Below, piece by piece: positions 26,001 through 35,911 of a stretch of DNA of 64,000 nucleotides (position 1 is the stretch's first letter; the number at the start of each line of letters is the position of its first letter). Made by a program: the position numbers and the translations under genes. This DNA is from a virus. The stretch spans positions 1 to 64,000 of IMG/VR virus record IMGVR_UViG_3300038620_000086. One strand, given 5' to 3'. Below the pieces are notes generated by a model. It saw nothing but the letters and a program-made list of their open reading frames with translations. It was not told the DNA's origin and did not search any database.

Positions 26001-29000
26001 GGTTGGTAGCAACAACAAGTTCTCTGATACTATCATACGCTAACCGGTCATTCTTTGAAAACTCTCCCTCTAGGTCTTCAATACGACCTAATCGCCTAGT
26101 ACCATCCTGCTTCGTAGATGAGATAATAACAATAGCACCACCAGATTGTTCGCTCCACTCTATGAACCATACCTCGTTATTGGGAGGGACTGTTACTGGA
26201 GAGTAAAAAGGTTGGAAGTTAAACTCAGATTCGTTTAGCGGGTTTAGCTTGGTTGTAAACTCGTAAACTTGCAGTTTCGGCACAAGCTCTTCCTCATCTT
26301 CATCATATTCGCGTCCGAAGACAAATATTTGGTGGTTTTCTAGCTGGTTATCATCGGTAGCTTCGTAGAAATGAGCAACCTCAATTTTGTCAAATTCTAA
26401 GGTCTGTGCCTTACCACTAGGGTTAATTAAATTCCAATCTCTGTCATAGATATAAACTTTAAAACCTTCAAACCGAAAGTGTAGCTCGGCACCAGCAGCA
26501 AATCTGGAGTTAAACTTCCATACCACTCTACGGTCTATCTTAGGATCAGGTCTAGTGATAGTCGCCCCATAGCTTGTTATCGTTTCTAACCCTACGGTTT
26601 CTTTGCCACTAGTAGCAATGCTTCCAAAACTTGGGGTAAATGAATACGATAAGGACTCCCCTAAGAAATAGGTCTCATTAATACTATTTAGGACTACAAA
26701 GTCGTTGTCAATCTCTATGAACTTTATTCCTTCTATCTCTGCCGACTTCAGAATTACCCCATTTGTACCAACAAGGTGGAATTGATTATCTGACAGAATT
26801 ATAAGAAATCCGTGACGATCATCATAATAAGCCTTGTCAACATCTCTAATAGGGGAAGGTAGTATGGATCCTTCATAAGGAGGACCATTGTTGGGGACTT
26901 TAATTATACTATCCTCTGTTTTCTCGAACAAGTAGTAGCTACTGGAAGCAACATGGTGGGAATACAATGCACCATGACTGAGGTTAAGGTCATACTCACT
27001 TCCGTTAGGGATAGAAAGATGAATATCAGCGATATTGCCGAATAAATAGTCATCTTGAATACCAATGCTTCCATCAGAAGAAAAGGTAATGCCAACACCG
27101 ATATAAAGAGGGAAGTCATTAGGCTCGATTTCTTCTGGAGGTCGTTTCTTGGAGGCAAAAAAGTCGTTTGTGTAAAGGTAAGTGTCTTGAGAGAGTTCTA
27201 CAGTGAGAGCTTGATAGTCATTGGAGTTAAGGCTTTCTCCCTCCTTAACTAATCTCTCCGAGAGGGATACACCAGGAGGATAACTTGGGAAGACAAATAT
27301 CTCCCCGTTTCTAGTTGCAGAAAATAGTTTCCTGTTAAATGACTTTAGTACAACAGGATCGGAAGCAGAAGATATTCCAACCTCAGGAACCCATGAAGGA
27401 GATGTCTGATATCTATCGTATGACTGGACAGTCCCATCAATGAGCATTCTGTGAAGTCTATCTTCGTAGACCTCCATTCCTATAATTTCTGAACTTGGTT
27501 CTGATATTGGCTCTGGCGTCTCCTCAGTATAAATATCATACTTATAGACTACATTATTCAGCCGAGAGAGAATATACAAGCTTGGATTGTAATCTGTTCC
27601 ATCGATAGTATTGTCAGAACTTGGATAAGATGCTATATCAGAGAGCTTCGATTGACCTGGCGTAGTTAGCACTTTCCATATTCCGAAAAGGGAGTTATAA
27701 TAGCAAACTCTGTCTACCGTCGTTACGTATAGACTGGGAAGGGTATTAGAGTTGGGGTCACTAGGATTGCTTCTGATAGTAGCGGTCGTCTTGTCTGCTT
27801 CTAATAGATCATCAACAGTCATTCCAATGAGGCTTAGATCCTGCTCATTAGGAATGAAATCTCCTATACTAGTGTCTACTTCAGCAATCACCCAGTTTGA
27901 CCCATCATATTTGTAGATCCCTCTGCCTAAAGGTTGCGGATCTGAGTGATCCAATCCATAGCAAAACACAAATAATTGATTCTCGTAGAAAGCAGCTAAA
28001 TAAGGATGATATCCACATTCATCAAGTCGTGAAACCTCAGACCCGTCCCACATAAGAACATCGTTTGTATTAGAACAGGCAACAACGAGGTTTCCTTCAA
28101 AGGAACTCATAGAAGATGGGTCTATACCAAAGTTGGAAACCCTTTCCCAGTCTTCTATCGAGGTATTATATGCAATTAGTCTTTCATCCTCAGTAGCAGC
28201 GTAAAGGGTTCCATCATTTTCTCCAACAACCTTTATATTTGACCCGACTGATGTACCAACAGGAGTGTATGAGACAGGAGGAGAAGAGGCATCATCCCAA
28301 TCGAGTTTAAATACGTCTTCCCCTTGAGGGAAGTAGAGAGAATCGTTATAGACAACTCCTTTACCGAGGGGACTTTCTAAGAAGGATTCAGTCCAATCTG
28401 TCCAAAAGTCACTGTTTGCATCATAGCTAAAGATTTTGCCGTTGCTGCAAAGAGCGAAAAGCTTCCCACTCTTGGGGTGATCTAGTATCTGAAACGGGTA
28501 ATCGTCTAGCTCTCCCACAATAGACAACCGACCTACTGTTTCCCATAGGTAAATTCGATCTGAGGTGGCAATCCAAATGTTTCCATCCTTTTTAGCAAGG
28601 GAGTGAGCCCCACCTTCTACTGAAGGGCTGTTTTCGCTATTCCCAATTACTTCTACCCATCCAGGAGAGTAAGTTATTAACTTTGTCCATACTTTGTCAT
28701 CCGATGGATAGGTAAATAAAACATAGAGCACATCATTTAGCTCGATGACATCAACGGGATCTCCGCCAAAAACAGAGTCCTCTTCATTCTTGTCAGAAAT
28801 ACTATACCAATCTCCAGTATTACTGTCTTTTAAGAATATATCTTGTGTTGTTAGAGCAACCAGAGACCCCTTATATTGGCTTACTGCTACTACCGTTTTA
28901 TCCTCGGGGAAATCAGTGTCCCTTTGCCAGATCAACCTACCATTACCATCTTTTGACCCATCAGTAAAAAACAGTCCGTCATCGCAAACCAAATAGAGCT

Positions 29001-32000
29001 TTGAATCGAGAACATGAAAGCCACGAGGGTTAGGACCAAAGTCAGCTTCTAATGCTGAACCTTGTTTGTTCCATTGGCTTGACCCTTTTTCTTTGACATA
29101 CACCGAATTATTACCCGCCGCAGCAACGAACAGATCCCCACTATAGTTAATTATGCTTTCTGGCTCAGCAGTGGAAGAAAGGTTGGTATCAAATTTCCAT
29201 TCTCCATTAACTAAATTGTAGACATTTCCATCAGAACGTGAGATTACATGAATATCCCCCGAGTCATCCATTTCCAAATCAAACGGGTCAGATCCAACCT
29301 CTGGATCCTGAGCAAACGTTCCATCCCAAGATGTTCGGCTAACAGTGGCAATAGAAGAAGATGTGCTAAATAATGCGTAAACTGTATCATCCTTCACAGT
29401 TAGGCGGTTCATGCCCTCTCCGGGAACAACTCCTTTCCTTTGCCAGTTAATTCCCTCTAACTTCCAAAGATTTTGCGAGTCACGGCAAACAGTATATAGG
29501 TCGCTATCATGTGACTCCAAAGATATTGGGTATTTGCCGACTTTTCCTTCCCCAGAAGGAAGCCACCCACCGATGCTAGAAACCTTTATCCTGTCTTCTC
29601 CCGAGCAAGCTACATAAAACTTAGAGCCTGTTCCTTTGTCAAACTCAATTATATCAGTTGGATTTTCTCCTACCTCTTCTTCTAAGAGCGGGTTTCTGCT
29701 CCACTTACCTTGAGAGAAGGAATATACACTATTGAAATCAAAACATACTGCATATATCACATCTTGGTCTTGATCATTATTGTAAACTCGAATCGATACC
29801 GGGCTCCGACCAATGAGACCGTTTAGTTTTGACCAGGAGGAGCCTTTATCCTCGCTATAGTAAACACTATGTCCGTCTTTGCAAGCAACAGCAATAACAG
29901 AATCTTCGCCGTTAAAAGATCCGCTATCACCATCGATTGGATAAGATTCTAAAAGGTAACCTTTATCCCAGTTTTGACCCCTATAGCTATAGACCTTGTT
30001 TTCCTCTTTGCTTAAAGCAAACAAGGTACTACCGGATCCTATCAAAGACGTAACCTCTCTCCCCACTCTATCTTGTCTAGAGAAGTCTGTCGCTCTTCCG
30101 GGCTTGACTTCCCAAGTTAATTCGCCTTCAAATTCTCTAAGAGAATAGTTTCCTTTAGTGAGTAAAGTTTGTGAGCCGACTTCCTTCTCACCAATACCAG
30201 CAAAAAGGCTAAGCCGAAGAGTATTATTAAGATTCAACTGCTCGGTACTATCAACTTTTAAGTAACTAGGAGGACTAGTAAACCCAAAAAGCATTGATAA
30301 GTCTCCGAGAGGGGTTGTAATAGCCTGCCCATTAAATACAACCAAAGGCATTCTGTCAGAGTCATTTTGATAGGCAACTAGACCAAGAAACTGACCATAC
30401 AGACGCTTGACGCCAACATTTCCTCCCCCAGCAAAATTCTGCAAACTAGTTATATCAATAAATCCGCTAGAGTCAAAGAAGAAGTCGGTTTCAGTATCGT
30501 CATCAAAACGATAGGCTGTAAAACAAGAATCCTGGTATTCTGGATTCTGCCGATGAAAAGAAAAGGTCTCCTTCACATCGACTTTAGGTGGGAATTGCCT
30601 CATCTTAGGAACGAAGTATCCAGTTCTTACTGTCGGGGAGTTTGCACTCTCTCCTAGGAGGTCTGGAACAAAGTTGACCGACACTACCGAGTCAAAAGAA
30701 GGTGAAAACTCTCCATCTGGACCTAACTCCTCAAAAGGTGCAAACTCAATTGTAGATTGTCCCGGGACAACAGCCTCTTTATTAAGATCTCTGTCCTCTC
30801 CAATCATCAAGTCTTTCCAGGACTGGCTTTGGGAAAAACTAGTATTAGCAGCACTTGGATCGGAGGTTCCCTCTGTGAGAGTTATAGAGTCAGATCCAAC
30901 CACGAAAAAGTAGTCCTTATAATTTTGAACAATTCGAGTCAGACTACTGTGTTTGTCAGAGAAGGAAGAGAGTTCAGCCCCAAAGCTAGAAGAGAAAAGT
31001 CTTATATCACCATTACTATAACCAACAGCGATAGCTGATCCATTAGTAGCGAGCTTTTCTGTTGAACTACCAGGAAGTGTTTTAACCTCTATTTGAGGTC
31101 TCTCCTGATCAGGTAAGAAGCCAATAGATATACTAGGAATCTGACAGCTAGTAATCCCTGAATCTCCTCCAACCAGGATTTCTAGCCCCCTATCATCGAA
31201 AAATCTAATTTCGTTGACCTTTCCAACCCCAGGCGTCATACTTTGAACTATAGAGGAAGAACGATAAACCTCGACCTCGCCGTTTCTATATCCAACTAGA
31301 ATATATCCACGCCGAGGGTCACTTTCTATTGCCGTAGCGTTAGAACCAATAGAAAAGCTGGTTTCTACACTAACTCCATCGATGACATAAACTTCTCCAT
31401 CACATAAACAATAGATCTTACCATCTAGCGAACTGTAGGTAAGCTGGGTTGGGTTAGAACCAACTGCAATGAGAGATAAAGGTCTATAATTATCACCTCG
31501 GTTTAAACAGACCACAGTAGAATTACTGCCTGAGTTAGCAATATATAGATAATTTCGGGCTGTATCAACGGCTAAATCATTCAGATGTCTGAAGAAAGCA
31601 TAGCCAATATTATCTGTTACTTCACCAAACTGGTTATTTTCAGTTGGAAAAGAAGAAAGGATAACACCAGTGTCCTCTTGACTGTTATTAAATGAAGCCA
31701 GTATCTCACCACCGTTAGCAATAACCTCAGAAGAATCAAATGATGAGCCTGCTGGAACAAAGGTGAAAGACGCCAAATTTTCTCTATACTCTAACAACTT
31801 ATTACCGTAAACCAGATAAATCCTACGGCTCCCGGCAACATACAAGAATTCTACCCTTTTGAAAGATTCGCTCAGTCTATCTTCTAACGGCAGCGTTTTG
31901 TCGCCGGTTGCAATATCAATGATCTTCAGCTTGTTAAATTCAATGAACAGAACCTCATCCCCATCTACTGTGAGATCTAGGCAAAAATCACCGGTAATTT

Positions 32001-32412
32001 TCTCAGTAGGAACGTATGGTAATTGATACTCAGTGATCGAGTCCAGGATAGTATTCCCTAAATAAAGTGTTTGGTTAATGTCATTATACTCTAGGTAGTC
32101 TATAGACCCATCAACTTCGATTTCAAGTATCTTAGATCGAAAGAAAACAGAACTAGAATCAACGTTATAGGCTTCTACCTTTCCAGACTGGGAGTTAAAT
32201 AAGAAAACTAAAGAGTAAACGCTGCTATAGGTAATTAAGGAATACTCGCCGGAAGTTAGAACATCGTAGTCGTCATCAACTAAGTTATACTGGGAGCTTA
32301 TAAAGTAGACTTTGTCATCCAGCACAAAGCTATAGTTCCCATCCGGTGGGGTAAAATAGATAGCTTCCGTAGAAAACTCTTTTGTAAAAGGATAAGCATT
32401 AAATAATCTCAT
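20023..32412 (-). CDS. Giant (4129 aa) multi-beta-propeller receptor-binding/adhesin-like virion protein with C-terminal beta-helix
   Basis: Many YVTN/NHL-like blades (VGSNPTQLTY, VGENPTDII..FYVACSGEDRI, VGNKPSEI..LLVSCSGSDEIWRY). A lectin-like segment (FSFHRQNPEY...DDTETDFFFDSSGFID...VKRLYGQ) is present. The C-terminus (LENLTLKEG...SPLIESG...DMIGNSRLTNGRIDIG) is pectin-lyase/choice-of-anchor-Q like. Confidence 0.75.
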   Translation of the reverse strand: MRLFNAYPFTKEFSTEAIYFTPPDGNYSFVLDDKVYFISSQYNLVDDDYDVLTSGEYSLITYSSVYSLVFLFNSQSGKVEAYNVDSSSVFFRSKILEIEVDGSIDYLEYNDINQTLYLGNTILDSITEYQLPYVPTEKITGDFCLDLTVDGDEVLFIEFNKLKIIDIATGDKTLPLEDRLSESFKRVEFLYVAGSRRIYLVYGNKLLEYRENLASFTFVPAGSSFDSSEVIANGGEILASFNNSQEDTGVILSSFPTENNQFGEVTDNIGYAFFRHLNDLAVDTARNYLYIANSGSNSTVVCLNRGDNYRPLSLIAVGSNPTQLTYSSLDGKIYCLCDGEVYVIDGVSVETSFSIGSNATAIESDPRRGYILVGYRNGEVEVYRSSSIVQSMTPGVGKVNEIRFFDDRGLEILVGGDSGITSCQIPSISIGFLPDQERPQIEVKTLPGSSTEKLATNGSAIAVGYSNGDIRLFSSSFGAELSSFSDKHSSLTRIVQNYKDYFFVVGSDSITLTEGTSDPSAANTSFSQSQSWKDLMIGEDRDLNKEAVVPGQSTIEFAPFEELGPDGEFSPSFDSVVSVNFVPDLLGESANSPTVRTGYFVPKMRQFPPKVDVKETFSFHRQNPEYQDSCFTAYRFDDDTETDFFFDSSGFIDITSLQNFAGGGNVGVKRLYGQFLGLVAYQNDSDRMPLVVFNGQAITTPLGDLSMLFGFTSPPSYLKVDSTEQLNLNNTLRLSLFAGIGEKEVGSQTLLTKGNYSLREFEGELTWEVKPGRATDFSRQDRVGREVTSLIGSGSTLFALSKEENKVYSYRGQNWDKGYLLESYPIDGDSGSFNGEDSVIAVACKDGHSVYYSEDKGSSWSKLNGLIGRSPVSIRVYNNDQDQDVIYAVCFDFNSVYSFSQGKWSRNPLLEEEVGENPTDIIEFDKGTGSKFYVACSGEDRIKVSSIGGWLPSGEGKVGKYPISLESHDSDLYTVCRDSQNLWKLEGINWQRKGVVPGEGMNRLTVKDDTVYALFSTSSSIATVSRTSWDGTFAQDPEVGSDPFDLEMDDSGDIHVISRSDGNVYNLVNGEWKFDTNLSSTAEPESIINYSGDLFVAAAGNNSVYVKEKGSSQWNKQGSALEADFGPNPRGFHVLDSKLYLVCDDGLFFTDGSKDGNGRLIWQRDTDFPEDKTVVAVSQYKGSLVALTTQDIFLKDSNTGDWYSISDKNEEDSVFGGDPVDVIELNDVLYVLFTYPSDDKVWTKLITYSPGWVEVIGNSENSPSVEGGAHSLAKKDGNIWIATSDRIYLWETVGRLSIVGELDDYPFQILDHPKSGKLFALCSNGKIFSYDANSDFWTDWTESFLESPLGKGVVYNDSLYFPQGEDVFKLDWDDASSPPVSYTPVGTSVGSNIKVVGENDGTLYAATEDERLIAYNTSIEDWERVSNFGIDPSSMSSFEGNLVVACSNTNDVLMWDGSEVSRLDECGYHPYLAAFYENQLFVFCYGLDHSDPQPLGRGIYKYDGSNWVIAEVDTSIGDFIPNEQDLSLIGMTVDDLLEADKTTATIRSNPSDPNSNTLPSLYVTTVDRVCYYNSLFGIWKVLTTPGQSKLSDIASYPSSDNTIDGTDYNPSLYILSRLNNVVYKYDIYTEETPEPISEPSSEIIGMEVYEDRLHRMLIDGTVQSYDRYQTSPSWVPEVGISSASDPVVLKSFNRKLFSATRNGEIFVFPSYPPGVSLSERLVKEGESLNSNDYQALTVELSQDTYLYTNDFFASKKRPPEEIEPNDFPLYIGVGITFSSDGSIGIQDDYLFGNIADIHLSIPNGSEYDLNLSHGALYSHHVASSSYYLFEKTEDSIIKVPNNGPPYEGSILPSPIRDVDKAYYDDRHGFLIILSDNQFHLVGTNGVILKSAEIEGIKFIEIDNDFVVLNSINETYFLGESLSYSFTPSFGSIATSGKETVGLETITSYGATITRPDPKIDRRVVWKFNSRFAAGAELHFRFEGFKVYIYDRDWNLINPSGKAQTLEFDKIEVAHFYEATDDNQLENHQIFVFGREYDEDEEELVPKLQVYEFTTKLNPLNESEFNFQPFYSPVTVPPNNEVWFIEWSEQSGGAIVIISSTKQDGTRRLGRIEDLEGEFSKNDRLAYDSIRELVVATNLTRQTIAEFSLKGNLVREFPISRYPIESLGGTNKAADRVPIGIDVSMRDGYLYCLTKPSISSQLLRNEVLIFDNGKLLDSITISPKYGIAEDLYYSSELSAVVAKVENFVLCYQERILVRVIFSASADQLDLGSCVDNLSSAFIDTSWNLFSLEDSLKNWFNATSASSVILSTSGIERWQDIKSSAILTQKDQDIKPSYLDTNRINFEETQTLDLQLSVELKFDVYLLGNWADTRFVLELDGSDPIIYSELLNITSTSSGSLGEKEWLIEKVEEDYYRISIEFPYQQVFQVSIKSDPGRTFGIDNLEISDGAQRLLLKETFEDSISGWSNATQNQTGDLTTYLQPQDPLQGTSKEFNLPPAQDNSVFRSDLLTLGLDIDNSDRSIQRIIDTEPYSLDYEDETLELTWRGEVNGFFSMTGTKDKPTCLYKYNGQLYLTLADKSQVWRYEGSPKKWKVHTENNGDRPLDLMKYDGDLYCCYSRSNKVSVIEGPNKDFTWTDHLHPHRMIVFTDNGAESLYVTFQGSDEVGRYNPTDGWSFVQVGNKPSEIVEVSEGGNTYLLVSCSGSDEIWRYDGAITSNGDMDPEDWRVEFDSSQLGENSSPRGLYFSPLTQILHIACSWSNKVFRYDYELNENNFSEDSFPGEYPINFATAGEKEDERLYVVGRNYVYAIDNKTDTEWFTKDRYEVDHPYRIQVIDPPEDVERTEKGINPNYIFYTLCHNHDGDLYFAWSEEAWWGRGYTPAGDRFVPTYQIGEPLKEFKGTLFVGSNQEDNLIKSASYVLYFDGIHWSIALNLATKRYPVEGSELPRGNYRRVASFEISGFNNKLYAASNDGFIFSTSDGESWALERGTDLFDPVIVHADIGLVALDRATQELYHMPTPQWGIGQGFFVRANKPAGMGHISDILANQDCWIGIWDEETDIKMWRYYGGDSFNEHLEQGKSDEKGDGNYGKGIYRFSEVNPNNFNSEGRNNQWEYIAYYGESEDKLRILHGGYAGGWYYEQPEHPYIDRPVSSVRTSDNEIWTVSASEQRLYSMDDPSGTNFQQRASFSGNREPHYITVFEDGSGNGEEIYILVDNNYDTELWRWNSSSRQNNSEQLVQIPFNAAGSFSHVKHNNLIPWKGHLYFTESHQHRTNCRIKYYNHDEGVQDAIIQNEGPKFSFGAAVRYYRWDIDKAGLLFFQGGNLLKLDIFYYPGEDNEEEEDSHYGQFVDNYFNLYNPKLYYADQTPDIDGQYPVVFWLVRDHFFKNTEGTRIYYVWKRSNDLEFALLTADRDERGWNGINHDLMELYSLDNLNKGIIGAVVYKGYIYFLQYNSDTRMYRLYDENKNEVFSIERNNDTGVEYLSFAIGDVPELEKGEPQLWIQPSGEDRGRYGVEWGPQSPFLYYSTDPSSGFTEVETNIGEEPLGGRILEFHNGSLYRLSVNRTPEVEDLGILQKYKPDKDNPQKEGYWEDYGLFGSRRKVRTQDGRKPDSNYYKLASISNELYILDSTSFGFDYWPSEVRKLHLNDERVWRRTVEFPKPNDNLFSIDTADIRRPALIVNKDRYEIDARGAESVKNQFTPNVGTSFRGSIYGILSTDYRIPNQPLFLQDYFSQLYGLNTRTPTDQVPEFLLMGRNFRVRDLLASALGIDFDHVAFNGRQLKQVVENAENMSTILVVAEHIIVEREIEVKQGIKIVAPKKFGATIERSSEVRDFHIFRGTSPGESSLFLENLTLKEGRSNDGSYSKGTGITNFGEDSIVVLINCRIPDSIGGRRNAGFFVGSRSYLILINSYIESGDIAGGLNDCALFLYNCLFPNKVSLGHHYDSDSSNFIFNCLFAGTESMKGTFRTDRHTFYIGNTATSQNLQLSSDETVRLIAPNFYEEDDNMSTEFVYERGDPTIETPVSPIEVGNLSSLLEEETISIEKEDKSYYLFSGGSQYGNILKPKEESPLIESGDPNLIPGDVYSYIDGIHGGVSNSNQFDIDPEVLQKDMIGNSRLTNGRIDIGPIQSQ

Positions 32413-32418
32413 TGTTAG

Positions 32419-35364
32419 TTAAGGTAGAACTCTTGTAATTGAACCGTCAGTAAAATAGACTCTGATCAACCCCTCAGTTTGGGAGTAAACCATATACTCC
32501 ATTGAATCTCCCACTTCTAGGGTCTCATCGAGGATGTAGACAAGCTGATCTTCTCTTGCCAGTCGGTCAAACTGGTAAGAGTAAATGTTGGGATCGAGAA
32601 CGAATATTACATATATCCTTTCCTCTAATTCCAAAATATCTCTGATAGGAGAAGAGGCTAGATCAGGACCGTCGTTAAGCTCAATTAGCTGAACCCAACG
32701 ATTCTCTATGTTCGCTCGGTAAAACTGGTTATTCTGATCGAAGAAGTAAAGATAACCGTCCTTGTAGAAATATGGACTATCCACCTCCTTAGATATTTTA
32801 TCGCCCAGAAGCGGAAAGCCGCTATCAACTGTCTGAAATCCCGGAGTATTCTTCACATTAACTAGTAAATAGGGATCGTGATCAAGTGAGTAGAAGGTAT
32901 CTCCAGGTTTACCTAACGTCAACTCTCGACTAGGATCAGATATGCTGATATCAGTCTTTGGCGGGATGGGCTCCTGATTTAACCTGATAATACCCTCTCC
33001 AAAAAGGCTGATGATCGTATTTGTATCTGCTGTCAGATCGTCACCTGCTGTAAAGGTTTCAGTGAAAATTTCTTTGCTAGTAGGTGACGACTCCGAAAGG
33101 GAAACAACATAAAGAGTCGAGCTTTGGGAATCAATCTTTATAACATCCCCAACAGAAACCTTCACTCCTATTTGTTGCCCAAAAGTTAAAACGTTGGCAC
33201 TTTCACCCTTGCCGATTGATTCCGACAATGACGGAAGGATGTCATTGTCCCGCTTGTAAACAATATAGAGGTAGTTGTTGAAGTAAGATAGTGCTAAAGG
33301 CTTTCCCGGCAGATAAGTTCTAGAATACAACTCAAAAGCCCCATTTAGTGTGTAAACACTATTTTCCTGTTCATCTAAGATATGAAGCAATTGATGATCC
33401 GGGTTGGAGTGAAGGTCACTCAAAGACCCTTTAACGTCGATTGTATTAAGTGTGGAGGTCAGAGATGACCCAATGTATCGAACAAGATTCTGACCACGAT
33501 CAACAAAAAAGGTGTTTCCGTTAAACAATTCTAAAGAACTTGTTTCCCCACTTGTATCCTGAAAGGGATTAGAGACCTCAGGCGATAGAGTTATTCCTTC
33601 TGGATTTAAGTTGTAGCCTCTAAGAATTATATTCCCAGAATTTGACTTTCCTGTTACAAGAAGGTTGTTTATAGCATTGTAGATAGAGATTGAGATTAAG
33701 CTTTGGAATGTGTTATCCGGTACGCCTATATAAGCAATAGGAGACATACCACTTATACCACTACCTCTATCATAGCCATAAACAACGACCGTTCCGGAAG
33801 TGGACTCTGTAATACCATCAGTTAGGTTTTCAACAATACCATCGGGAAAACAAACATACAGATAACCGAAACTACTATTGAATCTCACGTCAGACGGAAC
33901 ATAAGGACCATTAGAATCAGGGTTAATTAGCTTTCTTTTTGCATTTGCTCCTGACTCTTCCAAAATTATTTCAGATGTTTGAATAGTGGTAATAACAGTG
34001 AAGTTATCATTGACTAGTAGGAATGTCCCGTTGTCAAATGCCATAGCAAAGAAGGAATCTCCCTGACCCTCATACCATTTCCCTAAGACACAACTAGTAT
34101 CAGATGAAAGACTCCCATAGCCAGCCTGACCTTCTAGATCATAAGCAACGGTTTGAGACTGAAACCTACTGTCATACGTCGTTATTCTCAACCCAGATAT
34201 TCCTCGCAACCGGTCGTTGGATCTATCGCCAAAATAAGTTGGGCTAAGAACGTTAATGCCATCGAGTCCAAGGGTACGATCCTCTTGAAGAAGATTAATT
34301 GCTTTATACTCTCGGATAGTATTTCCGAGAGTGACATACATGGAAGAGCGGGAAGGAGAGTGGACGTGGTCTGTACTACTCCCGTAAGGAACGAACAGAT
34401 CATAATAACGCTTGATCTCGCCACTATCAAACGTAAAATAAACAGCAGCGTCCAAGGAACTACTCGTCACACTGTCAAAGTAGAAAGAAAGAACTTTTGC
34501 ATAGGTTCTTTCGATGATCGGATCGTACTCTAAAGATTGAATCTGCCCGCTAAAACCATACTTGGCTTCGTCTAGTCTCGTTAGTTCCTGTAGGTCTCCA
34601 CCGCTCCACTGGTAAACTCTGAGAAGACTAGACTCTGACCCACTAACGTAGAGGAGGTTTTCTTTAGGAGACCAAGAAACTGCTACCGGTTCAAAGTCTA
34701 ACTCTACGTATCCTGAACTTGGATTCTCCGGATTAACTACCCATTGAATTCGTCCTTCATTTGACCCACCACGATCAACCAAATAAATCGTATTTGTTGA
34801 CTCATCAATAGTTGCCTGTAGAACCGCGTCAGCAGGTTCAAACGAGAACAAATTTCTGTTAACAAAGAAGTTAGTATCGAGTTTATGGACGGAAAAAATG
34901 TCCTCGTCGATTATGTATATGGCGCTTTGCAATGGACTATAGAGAAGGGAAGCTATTTCTCCTACAGCGTCCTCTCCAGTTTCTCCCCTGTCTATAATAG
35001 TAGATATGTTGTTGCTCTTGGTAAATACAAAAAGACCATTATTTTTACCAAGTTCTGCTCTTCCACGATAAACAATACCGTCTACATTTGGGAAATATCT
35101 GGCAGGTGCGGTCGGATTATTTGCCGGGCTAATCCTAGATACAACCTTAACTTGATCGGGGCTAACCTCAATAACCTCGTTGGCAGGATCAGAGAACACA
35201 ACGACACTGCCATCAAACTCTCTATAACTTACAGCGCTGAGTCCAATAGCAATTTCAGGGTATGGAATATAGCCAAACCCAACATCTCCTTCTCCAGAAC
35301 GAGCTATATAAGATAGTCTTAAAATATGGGAGGCTTTCTGCGATCGCAGTAAAGATAAGGACAT
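32419..35364 (-). CDS. Beta-propeller (YVTN/NHL-like) structural protein, 981 aa
   Basis: Blades such as EPVAVSWSPKENLLYVSG, PSDVRFNSSFGYLYVC and GKPLALSYFNNYLYIV. Confidence 0.65.
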   Translation of the reverse strand: MSLSLLRSQKASHILRLSYIARSGEGDVGFGYIPYPEIAIGLSAVSYREFDGSVVVFSDPANEVIEVSPDQVKVVSRISPANNPTAPARYFPNVDGIVYRGRAELGKNNGLFVFTKSNNISTIIDRGETGEDAVGEIASLLYSPLQSAIYIIDEDIFSVHKLDTNFFVNRNLFSFEPADAVLQATIDESTNTIYLVDRGGSNEGRIQWVVNPENPSSGYVELDFEPVAVSWSPKENLLYVSGSESSLLRVYQWSGGDLQELTRLDEAKYGFSGQIQSLEYDPIIERTYAKVLSFYFDSVTSSSLDAAVYFTFDSGEIKRYYDLFVPYGSSTDHVHSPSRSSMYVTLGNTIREYKAINLLQEDRTLGLDGINVLSPTYFGDRSNDRLRGISGLRITTYDSRFQSQTVAYDLEGQAGYGSLSSDTSCVLGKWYEGQGDSFFAMAFDNGTFLLVNDNFTVITTIQTSEIILEESGANAKRKLINPDSNGPYVPSDVRFNSSFGYLYVCFPDGIVENLTDGITESTSGTVVVYGYDRGSGISGMSPIAYIGVPDNTFQSLISISIYNAINNLLVTGKSNSGNIILRGYNLNPEGITLSPEVSNPFQDTSGETSSLELFNGNTFFVDRGQNLVRYIGSSLTSTLNTIDVKGSLSDLHSNPDHQLLHILDEQENSVYTLNGAFELYSRTYLPGKPLALSYFNNYLYIVYKRDNDILPSLSESIGKGESANVLTFGQQIGVKVSVGDVIKIDSQSSTLYVVSLSESSPTSKEIFTETFTAGDDLTADTNTIISLFGEGIIRLNQEPIPPKTDISISDPSRELTLGKPGDTFYSLDHDPYLLVNVKNTPGFQTVDSGFPLLGDKISKEVDSPYFYKDGYLYFFDQNNQFYRANIENRWVQLIELNDGPDLASSPIRDILELEERIYVIFVLDPNIYSYQFDRLAREDQLVYILDETLEVGDSMEYMVYSQTEGLIRVYFTDGSITRVLP

Positions 35365-35368
35365 AAAC

Positions 35369-35911
35369 TTATCCTTCGTAAAAGGCGATAAATGTTACAA
35401 CATTGTTTGCTTGAGGGGAGACGACAGAAATCTTGCTTAAGTCATCGATGGTGACAACTGTGGGTTCTTTTGGATCCAGTTCTCTTCCGTTATCACGGGT
35501 TACAGCATTGGCTCCCTCTGATGCACCAATGTAGACTGGTCCTTCATTGCTGGAGCTGGCTTTTACTTCACAATGAGACAAAGATCCAGAAGAAGGGATC
35601 TGTTGAGTTACTAGAGCTTTGCGTTCATCAGCCCTTTCCAAAGTAACCTGACCTGTAAAAACATTGTTAGGTGGATAAACTCGATCAACTGTTGAGTGTA
35701 AAGAGTCGCTTCCATCGATCTCCTCAATTAACCCTTTTACTGAGTCTAAAGCTTCCTCAACATTTTTAGGAAGTGCATAAATCTCGGTGAGTGTTGCCGC
35801 CCCTTGTTGCCACTTTCCTTGAAGGGTTTCGTCTGACCGAGAGTCAGGAATTTGCGTTCTCAGTGATAAGGTCTCTGTGTTTCCCTCTGACCCTTTTACT
35901 TTTATAGCCAT
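35369..35911 (-). CDS. Putative structural protein with small C-terminal beta-sandwich
   Basis: VKASSSNEGPVYIG...VTRDNGRELDPKE...IDDLSKISV resembles a common small phage virion domain. Confidence 0.5.
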   Translation of the reverse strand: MAIKVKGSEGNTETLSLRTQIPDSRSDETLQGKWQQGAATLTEIYALPKNVEEALDSVKGLIEEIDGSDSLHSTVDRVYPPNNVFTGQVTLERADERKALVTQQIPSSGSLSHCEVKASSSNEGPVYIGASEGANAVTRDNGRELDPKEPTVVTIDDLSKISVVSPQANNVVTFIAFYEG

